Assembly (NCBI RefSeq): GCF_001194135.2
Contig: NC_068982.1
Location: forward strand, 103,077,640-103,141,639
Direction: 5' to 3'
Length of the DNA stretch: 64,000 nucleotides
Source of the DNA: Octopus bimaculoides
Taxonomy: Eukaryota
The notes beneath the pieces were generated by a model. The model did no database searches and had not been told where the DNA came from. It saw only the letters and a program-made list of their open reading frames with translations. Position 1 is the first letter of the stretch, and the number at the start of each line of letters is the position of its first letter. Positions 1-12,298 of the stretch are shown piece after piece. The position numbers and the translations under genes are program-made.

Positions 1-450
1 TAAAATCGTACTGCACTCTTCAAAACTTGGACTATAAGCACAGGCGAGCCTCCATTGTACAGACTCAGAAGACTATGTTCCATTTCAATTCAAACATCTT
101 CAGTTTCCAGTGAGTCTTAGTATTGTCTAAAGCCATCAACAAATCACAAGGGCAAACATTTTTGGTTGTCAGTTTACACCGTGAAGAACACTGCTTCACC
201 CATGGTCAGCTTTGCATTGCATGTTCAAGAGTAGGAAGTAAGAAAAATCTTTACATCTGTACACCAAATGGAAAAACAAAACATTTCGTTTATCAAAGCA
301 TTTATAAATTACTCCAAATAATGCAGAAATCCATTCTGATCAAGAAAGCTATCTATCAGGAAAGACATGGTCAGACATGGAATAAAAAAAATTGAAAATA
401 AAGGCATTTTATTGTGAAAATTGCCCAGCAACGATGGGCTACTCAGCTAG
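1..450 (+). mobile_element. Helitron 3' end (decayed PIF1-like helicase C-terminus plus canonical terminus)
   Basis: 71-330 reads PFQFKHLQFPVSL, frameshift, then INKSQGQT...CFTHGQLCIACSRV, matching PIF1 helicase motifs QFP.RL / TINKSQGQ / FSHGQLYVA.SRV. Hairpin GCCCA-gcaacga-TGGGC at 423-439, then CTAG at 447-450 followed by T. Confidence 0.9.
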
Positions 451-480
451 TATATATATGTGTGTGTGTGTGTGTTCAAG

Positions 481-720
481 CATTGGGCTTCACAGAGGCA
501 ATGTGGCTGATGCCGGTGTCACATTATTGGCACCTGTACTGGTGGCACGGAAAGGCACCTGTTACACTCTCAGAGTGGTTGGCATTAAAAAGGGCATCCA
601 GCTGTAGAAACCATGCCAAATCAGACTGGAGTCTGGTGCAGCCTCTCTGCTTACCAGCCCTGGTCAAACCTTCCAATCCATACCAGTATGGACAGTGGAC
701 ATTAAATGATGATGATGATG
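481..720 (+). mobile_element. RTE-type LINE 3' end/3'UTR fragment with (GAT)n tail
   Basis: Starts with the LGFTEAM-like ORF end, contains gggcatccagctgtagaaacc and ends ggacattaaatgatgatgatgatg. The same module recurs many times in the window. Confidence 0.75.
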
Positions 721-1854
721 AGATATATATATATACCTACACATGTACACACACACACAACTCCTCATAGGCATCCATTTGCCATCATCCATATATTTTA
801 TTCAATGTGCAAAACGTTCTGTGATTAAGTTATTAGCATTTTACAGATTACATTTCTATGTGTTTTTATAAATGTCTCTACTGTGTATGTGTGTTTATGT
901 AGCCATGTCTGTAGCATGTGTGTATTTCTATAGATTTCATTCCGATGTTTCTTAGTGTTTCTGTAACCATTTCGCATGTTTGTGTGAGTGTATTCTGAAG
1001 CTGTTTCCAGTGTATGTACATGTGTTTCATTAGCTGTCTCATTATTATGTATCTGTTTTCTTTGGTTGTGTGTCTAGTGTGTCTGAGTGTGTATTATTAT
1101 GTATGTATTGCTAGTGATATCGGCTTGAGTGTGTGATATGCATACACACATACATATGCACAATCATAGGCACACTCACACACATGCATATGCTTTCTTG
1201 TATTCTTGTCGACAGTTTATTGTAGCATCTGTGGTAAATATGAAGACATTTATCAATTTTCAATTATCAAATTCAATATTTTGTTTAAATTCTAATTAAT
1301 CTGCAGGTTATTTGACTGTTTATTATCAACAGCCATAGTTTTTTGTTTATTTTTTCCCAGTCAAAATGGCTATACACTCCTTATTTAAAAGTTCAATATC
1401 TGAGTACATTTCAGCAAAAGTAATGTACAAATTAATTGTGAAAACAATATATATATATGTAACTAGTGATTTCATTGGCTGTTCATGCGACACAATAGCA
1501 ACATTTGTTCAATAATACCAGTGTAGTGTTAGTGCAGAAAGCAAACCCATGTAAGATGCTGTCTAGTTTGGGGTTGCACCATTTGAGATCCAATCTTAGT
1601 AGAACTAAATTGGAAATTTATCTTGTTTTTCTAAGTTCAATTTTAATCTCTTAATCTTTATTATACACTGTCCTACTACTGACTGTGCTTGTTGTTGTTT
1701 AACCCCATGTTGACCTTGATCAGGCAGACATAATTAAAGCATGTCAGCCATGACAATGAGACTAGATGTGCAATGCCATACACATATATACTACATGTAG
1801 GGGCCACAAGTACTACAAGCTTTTCAACCTACGTAAAGTCAAGGTGAGCTACTC

Positions 1855-2270
1855 CTGCTAGCTGCCCCCTAGGAGGATCCTGCCTCTCAAGACCTGTAGT
1901 CTACAGAGTCACACTTACATCATCCAGTGACATCGCAGCATGACAGCCAATGATTTCAAGGGAAGGTACACACAGCACATGCATGCACTTAGATGCAGGG
2001 ATAGAGAGAATTCCACTTCTTTGTCTCATTTCTACTGGAGGCTCCATGACCTCAAAAGGAAGCACCCATTATCAAATGAACCATCATCAACAGGGTGCCA
2101 CTATATTCACCCATTGCCCACAGCTGTCAGCTCTGTCTCTATGAAAGATTGCACATCCCCCATCAACCTACAATATCTATCAATAGGAAATATGAACTAT
2201 CCTATTGCTGCCACCAGAGATACACCCTACTGGTGAACTCTAAACCACTGGCTGCCAACAACCCAGATAT
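1855..2270 (+). mobile_element. Penelope-like element remnant, GIY-YIG endonuclease region
   Basis: Frameshifted pieces SCPLGGSCLSRPVVYRVTL / MTANDFKGRYTQHMHALRCRDRENSTSLSHFYWRL / PLYSPIAHSCQLCLYERLHI...INRKYELSYCCHQR follow the PLE pattern CPL.G.CL...VY.A / FK.RY..H / ST.LS..IW / C.LCL.EK. Confidence 0.85.
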
Positions 2271-2748
2271 GCCACCTTAACATTGGCTGCTCCAATGTTA
2301 ATGATTATTGAAATTATATATTATCAATATTGAAGAAAATGGAGAAAAGAATGAATATACCATGGTCTATTCATGAATATATAGAACCCATCACTTAGAT
2401 ACACTTACTATATATAGCTTTTAACTTCTTAAACTCACTAATACTCTGAATGCATCAAAAGGAAAATGATAACCTAAGTTCCATAAACTCATAATTAAAC
2501 CTGAAGAAATCCTACCTTTCTTAGCATTTAACTAAATGCTTAGAACTTCTGATCAATTAGGTGATAGGACTGAAACATATATGTAGGTTCTTTTTTTTTT
2601 TTTTTAGCTTTGCAGCTTGTAATCAATATATTTGTATTATTATGTTTTTTAAAAGAAATTTTCATAATTTTATAACATACAAATAAATTATTCATACATC
2701 CATTTTTTTCTCCATTTTCTTTTTCCTTCAATATTTATTATATATACA

Positions 2749-2976
2749 TGGTTGGCACTCCACAGACACGTGCAAGTGGCTGAGCACTCCACAGACACGT
2801 GTACCCTTAACGTAGTTCTCGGGGAGATTCAGCATGACAAGGCTGGCCCTTTGAAATACAGGTACAACAGAAACAGGAAGAAAGAGTGAGAGAAAGTTGT
2901 GGTGAAAGAGTACAGCAGGGTTTGCCACCATCCCCTGCCGGAACCTTGTGGAGCTTTAGGTGTTTTCGCTCAATAA
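2749..2976 (-). mobile_element. tRNA-derived SINE family B, partial (head lost in N gap)
   Basis: Reverse complement of the body seen at 44585-44960. Contains a small duplication of cactccacagacacgtg. Confidence 0.85.
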
Positions 2977-3339
2977 NNNNNNNNNNNNNNNNNNNNNNNN
3001 NNNNNNNNNNNNNNNNNNNNNNNNNNNNNNNNNNNNNNNNNNNNNNNNNNNNNNNNNNNNNNNNNNNNNNNNNNNNNNNNNNNNNNNNNNNNNNNNNNNN
3101 NNNNNNNNNNNNNNNNNNNNNNNNNNNNNNNNNNNNNNNNNNNNNNNNNNNNNNNNNNNNNNNNNNNNNNNNNNNNNNNNNNNNNNNNNNNNNNNNNNNN
3201 NNNNNNNNNNNNNNNNNNNNAATGGATGGTACTATGAAATAAAGTATTGAATGTCTTATTGAATATATGGAATATGTCTTATTGAATAGATGAAATATTG
3301 AGTGTTCAATATAAAGGATTAAATATATAAATATATAAA

Positions 3340-3405
3340 GGCGAATATTTTCTATACCTTGTGGTATTTCATATTTTCTATACTTTGTAGTATTTCATCA
3401 TGGCC
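3340..3405 (-). ncRNA. Decayed minimal hammerhead-ribozyme-like motif with internal 26-nt duplication
   Basis: Minus strand reads GGC c(a)TGATGA aATAC tacaaa GTAT a GAAAATAT [dup] GAAA ATATT C GCC. There is a 1-nt insertion in the core and an A-A mismatch at the base of stem II. Confidence 0.35.
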
Positions 3406-4083
3406 GGTATGACAGACTTTAACAGACTGTAATAGGCTGGCTGGTTTTCTGTCTTTTATACCAATTCCTTTGGACACCAGCAGTAGGTGTTTGGCTATTT
3501 TTAGAATTGATGTCAAATCTATTTTTAGAAATGATGATATTTGAGAGTGTTTTGTGTTTGGGTTGTAGGGATATATATACACACACACATACTTACATAT
3601 ACATATACACATATATACATATGTATATGCACACACACACATACACACATTCTTGAATGTAATGTGTGCTTGTGTGTAGGTATATAAAACAGCTGTTTGA
3701 AGCTATGTTATATGCTATGAACACAGTTATAATATTACTGACCAACAATAGCAACAAAATATTTTCAACACATAAAAGTGTCTTCTTAGTGTTGTATTGT
3801 TAGTAATAAATAGATATTATTTGAAAAGCAAGTCACACACCTTCTAACTCTATGACAAAGCATTTTCATTTTTGCTTCTGACAATGCTCATTAACTTAGT
3901 CCATCCAGAGCAGAACAGTTCACATTTCCTCCATGCCTGAATTTCACCAAAATTTCTCACCTGCAAGTAATGACCAGTTTTAATTCAATCTCCAAAATGT
4001 AGGTTTATGTCTTCAAATATGCGAGCATGTGTGTATTATAATGTAAGAATTGCATACACACACACACACACATTACATACACG

Positions 4084-4124
<41 letters not shown>

Positions 4125-4774
4125 ATGAATGTGAGTACAATTTTTCCTTTTAATTTCTTTTTAATTTTGTTTGTCAATTTTGGTTTTTGCTTTTGTTTAA
4201 TTTTTTTTATTCATCTTTTCATTTCTTTATTAATATATTTGCAAAATTGGAATATAATATAATTTAATTTTTATCACCTTTTCTAAAGCTGTTTGGTCTT
4301 TATTTTTGTTGCTAATTTAATGCTTTATAATAACACTATTCATTACAAAACAAAAATATCATAGTGAAGTAGATCTTCTGTGAGCATAACATGTTGTAAC
4401 AGAGGAATGCTAGACCCCTCCCCTTCCACTTATAAAAATCCATTCTGTACACTGAGAATGGTGGCATGTAAAAATATGCCATTCATTTAAATTGTCTATT
4501 CAATATCATTGCTAAATCTATCAAAGTTTTCTATACAATTCAATAACTTTCTCCATACCATTCCTGATAAACTACTTTGTACCTATTCGGATATTTTCAC
4601 CAAACAATAACTCCTTGCTTCAATGAGCAAAAGTGCTCAATTTCCAATGTTAGCATTCACTGTCTTGAGTGGCTGCCAATGAAATTGTTATTTCACATTG
4701 CCTAGTTTATACCTGTATTTAATGGTAAAAGTGTGTATGTTTGAACAGTATACATCTGTGAACAACAAATCTCA

Positions 4775-5135
4775 GGTGCAGGCATGACAGTATGGTTAAA
4801 ATGTTCACTTCCCAACTAACATTGTTTCACATTCAGTTCTACTATGTGGCTCCTTGAGTAAGTGTTGTCTACTATAGCCCCTATCCAACTTAAACTTTGT
4901 GAGTGGATTTGGTAGAGGAAACGTGGAAGAAGCCTATTTATGTGTGTGTGTAGTGGAGTATCTCCTTGTCTTGACATTCTATGATAGTTGTAAAGGGGCA
5001 TAACTGTCATACAAGTGGTGTCATCTGTTTCCAGTCTTCCATGGAAATATTTCTGACTATGAGGAAATATTACTTTACTTGGAAACAGGCAAAAATTGGC
5101 AACACAAAGGACATCCAGATAGCATATTCTGACAA
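4775..5135 (+). mobile_element. SINE family A' (A-type head, alternative 3' body), decayed
   Basis: Head resembles family A (ggcatg...cagttctactatgtggctccttgagtaagtg). Body ccttgtcttgacat...catacaagtggtg...ggaaacagg is shared with 15201-15490 and 36885-37262. Confidence 0.65.
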
Positions 5136-5159
5136 ACCCATGCAAAAAGGTATTAAAAT

Positions 5160-5528
5160 GATGTTTGTAAGAAGCTTGCTTCCCAACTATATGTTTCTGG
5201 GTTCAGTCCCACTGCGTGGCACCTTGGGTAAGTGTCTTCTACAGCCTCGGGCCAGCCAAAGCCTTGTGAGTGGATTTGGTAGATGGAAACTGAAAGAAGC
5301 CCATTGTTTTTATATATGTATTTGTTTGTCTGTGTTTGTCGTTTCACCATCACTTGACAACCAATGTTGATGTGTTTACATCCCCGTAATGTAGCAGTTC
5401 GACAAAACCAATAGAATAAGTGCTAGCCTTACAAAGAATAAGTCCTGGGGTCGACTTGTTCGACTAAAAGTGATGCTCCAGTATGGCTGCAGTCAAATGA
5501 TTGAAACAAGTAAAAGAATAAAAGAATA
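5160..5528 (+). mobile_element. tRNA-derived SINE family A
   Basis: gggttcagtcccactgcgtggcaccttggg head, central TA/TG microsatellite, tail gaaacaagtaaaagaataaaagaata. Confidence 0.85.
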
Positions 5529-5632
5529 GAGAATAAATGAATGGGAGATTGTGAGTAAATGATGCCACTTATATGATGGTAACACTCTTATACAAACATG
5601 ACATGATGTCAAGATAGACACTCACATACAAC

Positions 5633-5774
5633 AGACTTCTTTCAGTTTCCATCTACCAAATCCATTTACAGCACTTTGGTTGGCATAGGACTATAGTGGT
5701 GCGATGTTGTGAGACTGAACCCAAAGCTGTGTGGATGGGAAGTAAACTTCTCAACCACACAACTATGTCTGCAC
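5633..5774 (-). mobile_element. SINE family A head fragment
   Basis: cttctttcagtttccatctaccaaatcc...gactgaaccc is the reverse complement of the family A 5' half. Confidence 0.65.
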
Positions 5775-5901
5775 TGAGAGATACTGAAGAAAAATTGACC
5801 TGCCAATATATTGACTAACAACAAATCGAACTGGCAATGAATTTACAGATGATGAATTGACTTGTCAGTGAATTGATCAATGATGAATTGTCTTAGTACT
5901 G

Positions 5902-5905
5902 TATG

Positions 5906-5970
<65 letters not shown>
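5902..5970. repeat. (TA)n microsatellite
   Basis: About 30 perfect TA units. Confidence 0.95.
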
Positions 5971-5973
<3 letters not shown>

Positions 5974-7379
5974 GTTTGCATGTCTGTCCATAGCAATTCA
6001 GTAAATCAATAAAATAAATATTAAACTGAAGTGCTGGAGTTGATAAATCAGTTAAAATCCTTGAAAGCAGTGCCCCAACAATATTGCAATTTGATAATAA
6101 AAATCTGTAAAGAATATATAAAAATTGCCTTCCCTTCACTCATTTCCAAGTAGCTCTACACAAATGGTAGAGAACCATGTTTCTCATATTTTGGACATAT
6201 ACAAGCATTCTGCTACACTTTCCGAGTACATAATTATTTGTAACTCACTTTGAGAATGTTTGACAACCTGCATGAATTGAGACAAAGCTTGTGCAATGAG
6301 TGTATAAATTGAATTAATTGCTGTATTTACTTACTTTCAGTAACTGTCCTGTTCTTTATAAATAGTTTTTACTACTTTGCAAATATTGCATTTGTATCCT
6401 TAGATAATTTGGCATATTTCAACTATTTAGCATCTCATTCAAAGAAAACTCTATTAATGCTTCTTAAGTTTCAATAGTTTTAGAATTAATGTCATCATCA
6501 TCATTATTTTTTGGATCCCTTTTACTATGCCTTCCTGAGTTGAACATGTCTTACTGCATGTTTTGATCACTCATCATCTACTTTCTAAAAATAGCTTTCA
6601 TAGTTTCTGCCCATTTCTTACTTGGTGTTCCATGTTCCACAGATTACTTCAGCAATTTTTACTCCAGCTGTCAACCTCCACACACATCATATGTCAGTAA
6701 CAGTTCAGTTTCCTCTCTTGTTTCCTCCCTTGCATGTTACATCTATCTTCTCTTATATCCAGTTTTTCTCTCAACTCATTTGTACCCCATAATTCATGCA
6801 AACTTCCATTAACTTCATTTCTTTCCCATCTTTACATCTAACTCTGCTTTCAGTACCTATGTTTCTCCACCAGTCAACATCACACTTCATAGACAAACAT
6901 CATGCGAGAGTTTACTTCACAAGTGCTCTTACTGCTACCTACATCTGTGTACATACCTCATATGTTGTTTTGTTTTTTTTTCCTGCCTGTTTGTGATCCA
7001 CTACATTTCTTGTATACCTACAATTTATATAGGGTTTACTGTGTGAAATTCTTATCTACTACTGTTCTGCTTGTCAAGTATGACCACTTCCCTAATTGCA
7101 GAAGAGATATTGTCTTTCTTGTTCACTAAAACGTTTGTCTTTGTTAATTTTATTTTGAGGTTTCTTGGTTCTAATCTTCTACATTCTTCTCAAAATCTTT
7201 GCCATATTTCACAAAGAAGACTAATTTAATAGCAAACAAGACATTCTTGTTGTGGTCGAGAGAACTATGATAAACAACAGAGCGAGCTGAGAATTGATCC
7301 CTGATGGATACTTACTCATTAAATTCCTTGCTGAATGCAGCTACTTCAAGATTTTAATTCAGAATTACTGTTCTTTTAG

Positions 7380-7454
7380 TTGGGATGTGAATTGCTGCTC
7401 TCCTTGTCAGTTGTTATGCTACTATGGGTGCTCACAGTGGATACAAGAAGTGAG
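7380..7454 (+). CDS. Candidate host-gene exon (75 nt), product unknown
   Basis: ttcttttag acceptor and GAG|gtaaga donor. Two frames are open: LGCELLLSLSVVMLLWVLTVDTRSE or WDVNCCSPCQLLCYYGCSQWIQEV. No homology recognised. Confidence 0.3.
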
Positions 7455-8134
7455 GTAAGAGGCTTGCAGTCAACTGACATGTTTGTAATACCAGTAATAA
7501 CAAGCTTAATGCTTATCTTTCTGGTTCCAAAGGGAGACAATGGAAAATTCTGGAGCAGTAACATCACCATCTTGACAAACATATAACTAGACTGTTTACT
7601 ATAGCACTAATTTCTCTATGCAGGAGCTTATAAGAAGAGAGAGAAAGAGGAAGTGAACAGAAGCTAGTAGAGGGTAGAGAGAGAGTGTGTGTGTGTGGTT
7701 ATGATCACGTGTTTGCCAACCAAGCAGGAAGGAATGAAAGGAATCTATTTACCATCAGTGTCAGAGATGACTTAATATTTTCCACTCAAAGTTATGGAGG
7801 TACAGTAAGTACCAGCAATATTCTGAATTTAATTGTTTTCTGTATCCTCACCATCACCATCACTCTTTTTTTTTTTGTATTTCATTCTGAATTTGTCTAT
7901 GCTTTTTATCAGTTGAACTGTTTTTGTTAAAGAAATTGTTTTTATTACTGTGTTCTTCCTTTGTTTTTGTTAATCTACTCCAAGTAGATTTTGCTGTTAG
8001 TCAGGCAAACTGAGGCAAGCAGAGCTATGTGTCTTGTGCAGGGATGCAGACAATACTGTATATATAATGGATATTGATCATGAAGTCAGTTGTCTAGTAT
8101 CTTAACTTTGATGTCATTGTCCCACATCCCATTA

Positions 8135-8167
<33 letters not shown>

Positions 8168-8897
8168 AAATGATAGAAAGCCTTTATTTGAGTTCAAATT
8201 CCTCTCCAGTTCACCTTACCATAAGAATGAGTAAACAAATAGAGATTGAACCTGCAACAAAACCTTCATGTGATCACTTATCAGAAATAGTAACTAAATC
8301 TTTCTTGTTTCATACTCTATATTCTTCAGAAATGAAGGACACATTGAACAATGACCTGGATACATTATGCCTAAAAAAGAAATAGTAACTACAGCAGGCA
8401 TGCCTTTCATCACAGGTCTGCTTAATTATGGCTGACCTGCGGTTAAGCAAAATCCACAAGAAAACATACAAGTATTTATATTGCTGTAAGCCATTTAAAC
8501 CACATCTCAATATCTAAACTTTATATCAAATCAAATAAATGTTATGTAGTTATTTATTTTTCTATTTCATGTTTCTTTTAATGATTTGATTTGGAGTAAT
8601 GAGTTGTGACCATAACCGGGCCCTCTGAAACTGGTGAAATCAATGTGGTTGATGTTTTGTTTTTTAAACTACCACAAGTCAATGACTGCAGTAAAAACAT
8701 AGACACATTGGGAAGGGGGTTTCAGAAGAGGGATTTACTGGGATGGAAAGTTTGGATACAGCCATTTGTGCAGGGCCTGGGTGGATTACAAAAGGAGGGG
8801 AGACAAGTGAGATAGGTAGACCTGGTTGGAAGTGGCATGAAAGCTCTGTTGTTGCAGGTAGAAAAGGAAGGAGCAACTTGCCTATTATATTGGTTTA

Positions 8898-9204
8898 ATC
8901 ATCATCATCATCGTTTAACGTCCGCTTTCCATGCTAGCATGGGTTGGATGATTTGACTGAGGACTGGTGAACCAGATGGCTACACTAGGCCCCAATCTGA
9001 TTTGGCAGAGTTTCTACAGCTGGATGCCCTTCCTAACGCCAACCACTCCGAGAGTGTAGTGGGTGCTTTTACGTGCCACCAGCACGAAGGCCAGTCAGGA
9101 GGTACTGGCAATGGCCACGCTCGAAATGGTGTATTTTACATGCCACCTGCACAGGAGCCAGTCTAGCGGCACTGGCAACGATCTCGCTCGAATGTCTTTT
9201 CACG
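8898..9204 (-). mobile_element. RTE-type LINE 3'UTR fragment
   Basis: catcatcatcgtttaacgtccgctttccatgctagcatggg... is the reverse complement of the module at 481-720. Confidence 0.8.
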
Positions 9205-9331
9205 TTTAAGTTGGAATATATTGGTGAGCAATTCCATACCAATCTGTTAAGTGATTTATATTTGATGGAGATCATCACTATTCCATTGTGAATTTCAAAA
9301 CATCTGTCTCATTTAGAGTAATCTTCTGTAA

Positions 9332-9654
9332 GTAAGAGTGTTGGGCTCACAATCATGAGGTAATGAGTTCAATTCCCAGGCCAGACTGTGTGTTGTGTCC
9401 TTGAGCAAGACACTTTATTTCATGTTGTTCCAGTTCACTTAGCTGTAGAAATGAGTAGCAATGTTACTGGTGCCAAGCTGTATCGGCCTTTGCCTTTCCC
9501 TTGGATAACATCGGTGGCATGGAGAGGGGAAGCTGGTATGCATGGGCGACTGCTGGTCTTCCATAAACAACCTTGCCCAGACTTGTGCCTCAGAGGGTAA
9601 CTTTCAAGGTGAAATCCATGGTCATTCATGACTGAAGGGGGTCTTTACCCTTTT
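9332..9654 (+). mobile_element. tRNA-derived SINE family C
   Basis: ggctcacaatcatgagg...gagttcaattccc B-box, gtgtccttgagcaagacactt core, ends gggggtctttaccctttt. Homologous to 10156-10494. Confidence 0.85.
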
Positions 9655-9684
9655 ACACTCTGTAAGTAAGAGATAGGGCAAATA

Positions 9685-9900
9685 CGAGAGGGTGCTGAAA
9701 AGTTCCTGGCTTTAACGATATTGTGAAAGGCCTGACTGAAGGCCCAACCTTCCAAGTTCTTTTACAGAGCTTAGAAAACTGAAGGACAGCTGCAATAAGT
9801 GTGTGAATCTGAGAGGGGAATATGTTTAATAAAATCATAATTAACTGGTCCTCGTGTATTTTCTTTTACCCAAAGCCAGGAACTTTTCAGCACCCCCTAG
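9685..9900 (+). mobile_element. Mariner-derived MITE / internally deleted mariner
   Basis: TA at 9683-84 and 9901-02. TIRs cgagagggtgctgaaaagttcctggcttt / aaagccaggaacttttcagcaccccctag. Retains transposase C-terminal CNKCVNLRGEYV*. Confidence 0.9.
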
Positions 9901-10155
9901 TACAGCATTAAAATAATATCAGAAGACAGACCTGAAGCAGATCTAGAGAAGAAAGGACATGTCATTGATGAGGTCATAAATGGCAATGAAAGGACTTTGA
10001 CAAACTTAGCTGATTGATTGACTGAATGATTAGCTAATTGGTTACATGTTAACCAGTTTACTGACAATAATAATAAAAGTGAAATAGAACCAATGCATGT
10101 ATTTATTATTGGTGTGATGACCCTCCCAAAATTAATGCCAGTAGTTAGAGCATCA

Positions 10156-10494
10156 GGCATGGCTCAATAGTTAGAGTGTCAGGCTCACAATCATGAGGTT
10201 GTGAGTTTGATTCCCGGACTGGGCTGTGTGTTGTGTTCTTGAGCAAGACACTTTATTTCACGTTACTCCAGTTCATTTAGCTGCAGAAATGAGTTGTGAT
10301 GTCACAGGTGGCAAGCTGTATCAGCCTTTGCCTTTCCCTTGGATAACATCGGTGGTGTGGAGAGTGGGAGGCTGGTATGCATGGGCAACTGCTGGTCTTC
10401 AATAAACAACCTTGCCTGGACTTGTACCTCGGAGGGTAACTTTCTAGATGCAATCCCATGGTCGTTCATGACCGAAGGTGGTCTTTACCCTTTA
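10156..10494 (+). mobile_element. tRNA-derived SINE family C, second copy
   Basis: A-box-like tggctcaatagttag, B-box gagtttgattccc, colinear with 9332-9654. Confidence 0.85.
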
Positions 10495-11039
10495 TACTGA
10501 AACTAACGTCTTCCATATAAACATTTGTTACATTTTGTAGGCTATCAAAGCTGATAACATATTTTAGCAGAAACCAAGATCATGAAATACTTAATGCCAG
10601 TTGTTATTTGATTGGAGGACTTGTTGAGTGATTTATTATTTTCAACTTAAACTGTTTGTTTCATTCATGAATTACTTAGCCACACCCCAAGATGTCTTCT
10701 GACTCACCTACCCGCCAAATCCACTAACCTATTTAGCTAGTCACATGCATGCTGTGTTCTGGAGATCCTTGTTTTGAATTTGAAGATTTAGGTGTGTGTG
10801 TGTGAGTGCTATATGTATAATGTATGTATGTATGTCATTGTTGCCTTATCACTTTCACTTCTACCACTCCTAACACATATTTCTACAGGAAATCAGAACA
10901 GCCAATTAAACACAGTAGAATACAGTTGTATTATCACAGCTCTCTTCCAACTGAATTACAATGACCACCACTACTACTGTTACTAATAGATTGTTTATTA
11001 TGTTATTGCATCATTATTATTATTGTAACTACTACAGCT

Positions 11040-11235
11040 TGAAGGAGGAATGTTGGCAGAAATAGTAAACCAGTTCAAATGCCATACATTAGTTTCATAC
11101 AGTCATCTGCTCTCACCACCACCACCACTCACTCACTCGCACATACTCATAGATTATGTTTATAAGTTCAAATCCTGCATAGGTTGACTTTATTATATCT
11201 TTTGGACCTTGTTAAAAATAAGTACCAGTAATATA
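11040..11235 (+). mobile_element. SINE family D, decayed
   Basis: tggcagaaatagt...agttcaaatcctgcataggttgacttt...aaaataagtaccagt resembles the reverse complement of 57860-58024. Confidence 0.5.
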
Positions 11236-11324
11236 CTGAAATCAATTAAACTAGCTATACCACCATCATGCCCTGAAAAAAAAATGGGCTTGTGTACCTT
11301 ATCAATGATATTTAAAAAATAAAG

Positions 11325-11717
11325 GCATAGGTGTGTGGTAAGAAGTTTGCTTCCCAACCACATGGTTCTGGGTTCAGCCCCACTGCTTGGCACCTTGGGC
11401 AAGTGTTTTCTACTATAGCCTTCAACTGACCAACTATAGCCTTCAACTACTTTGTGAGCATATTTGGTAGATGGAAACTGAGAGAAACCCATTGTATGTG
11501 TACATGTGTCTATGTGTCCACCAACACTGCCTGACAACTTGTGTTGGTGTGTTTACGTCCCTGTAACTTAGCTGTTCAGCAAAAGAAACCAATAGAAATA
11601 AGTGCCAGCTTTAAAAAAATAAGTACTGAGGTTGAATCATTCAACTAAAATTCATCAAGGCAGTGCCCCAGCATGGTCGCATTCTAGTGACTGAAACAAG
11701 TGCAAGATAAAAGATAA
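11325..11717 (+). mobile_element. tRNA-derived SINE family A
   Basis: Full head, core and tail. Internal duplication of ctatagccttcaact. Confidence 0.85.
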
Positions 11718-12263
11718 ACTAAGGAACTACTACAACTACTACTGCTGTTACTATTACTACTACTACACTTGCTAGTGGCAAGTTGTAATATTAACAGCAG
11801 CAGCAATAACAGCAACAATAACTGTAGTAGTGTTATGGTAGTTATCCAAAAAATGTAATATAAATAGGAGGATAGTGCTAGTAGTATATTATTTATGGTA
11901 GTTTATAAATAAATGATTTGTGCTGTGATGCACTCATTATTTAGACATCCATTCATGTAACTCATTTTATTTTTTTTAATAAACATACATTTTCATACTC
12001 TACATGTTTGATGTGTGTAATATTTTATGTTGAATATTTTCAGTGACCTGCCAGCACATATGTGTGTGCATTTATATTTTGTTGATAAATGTATACTATA
12101 GTTTCTTTCAGTTACCCAAGTAGATTCAGATATTTTCTAGGGATGGGATGTAAATGCAGTAAATACACAATTTGTGATTTGATACAGAATGTGGTGGTTT
12201 GTAAATAGAGAATTTGTCTCCTGTCACAGTCATAGTGACTACATTTCTTTCCATCCCCAATAC

Positions 12264-12298
<35 letters not shown>

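Noticed and set aside
6335-7330. Strong minus-strand gtaagt donors at about 6334 and 7314
   Set aside because: All upstream frames hit stops within a few codons and no acceptor is present.
8136-8165. 30-nt poly(A) tract as a retrocopy tail
   Set aside because: No upstream polyadenylation signal, ORF or target-site duplication seen.
8300-8330. Minus-strand CTGAAGA-ata tagag tat-GAAAC
   Set aside because: No stem III or cleavage triplet and no stem I; compatible with chance in AT-rich DNA.
8955-8980. CTGAGGA-ctggt-GAAAC, a hammerhead look-alike in every RTE 3'UTR copy (also 19027)
   Set aside because: There is no stem II, no GUH and no stem I, and it is antisense to the LINE.
10541-10630. 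Acceptor followed by LSKLITYFSRNQDHEILNASCYLIGGLV (ARM-like)
   Set aside because: No credible donor before the in-frame stop.
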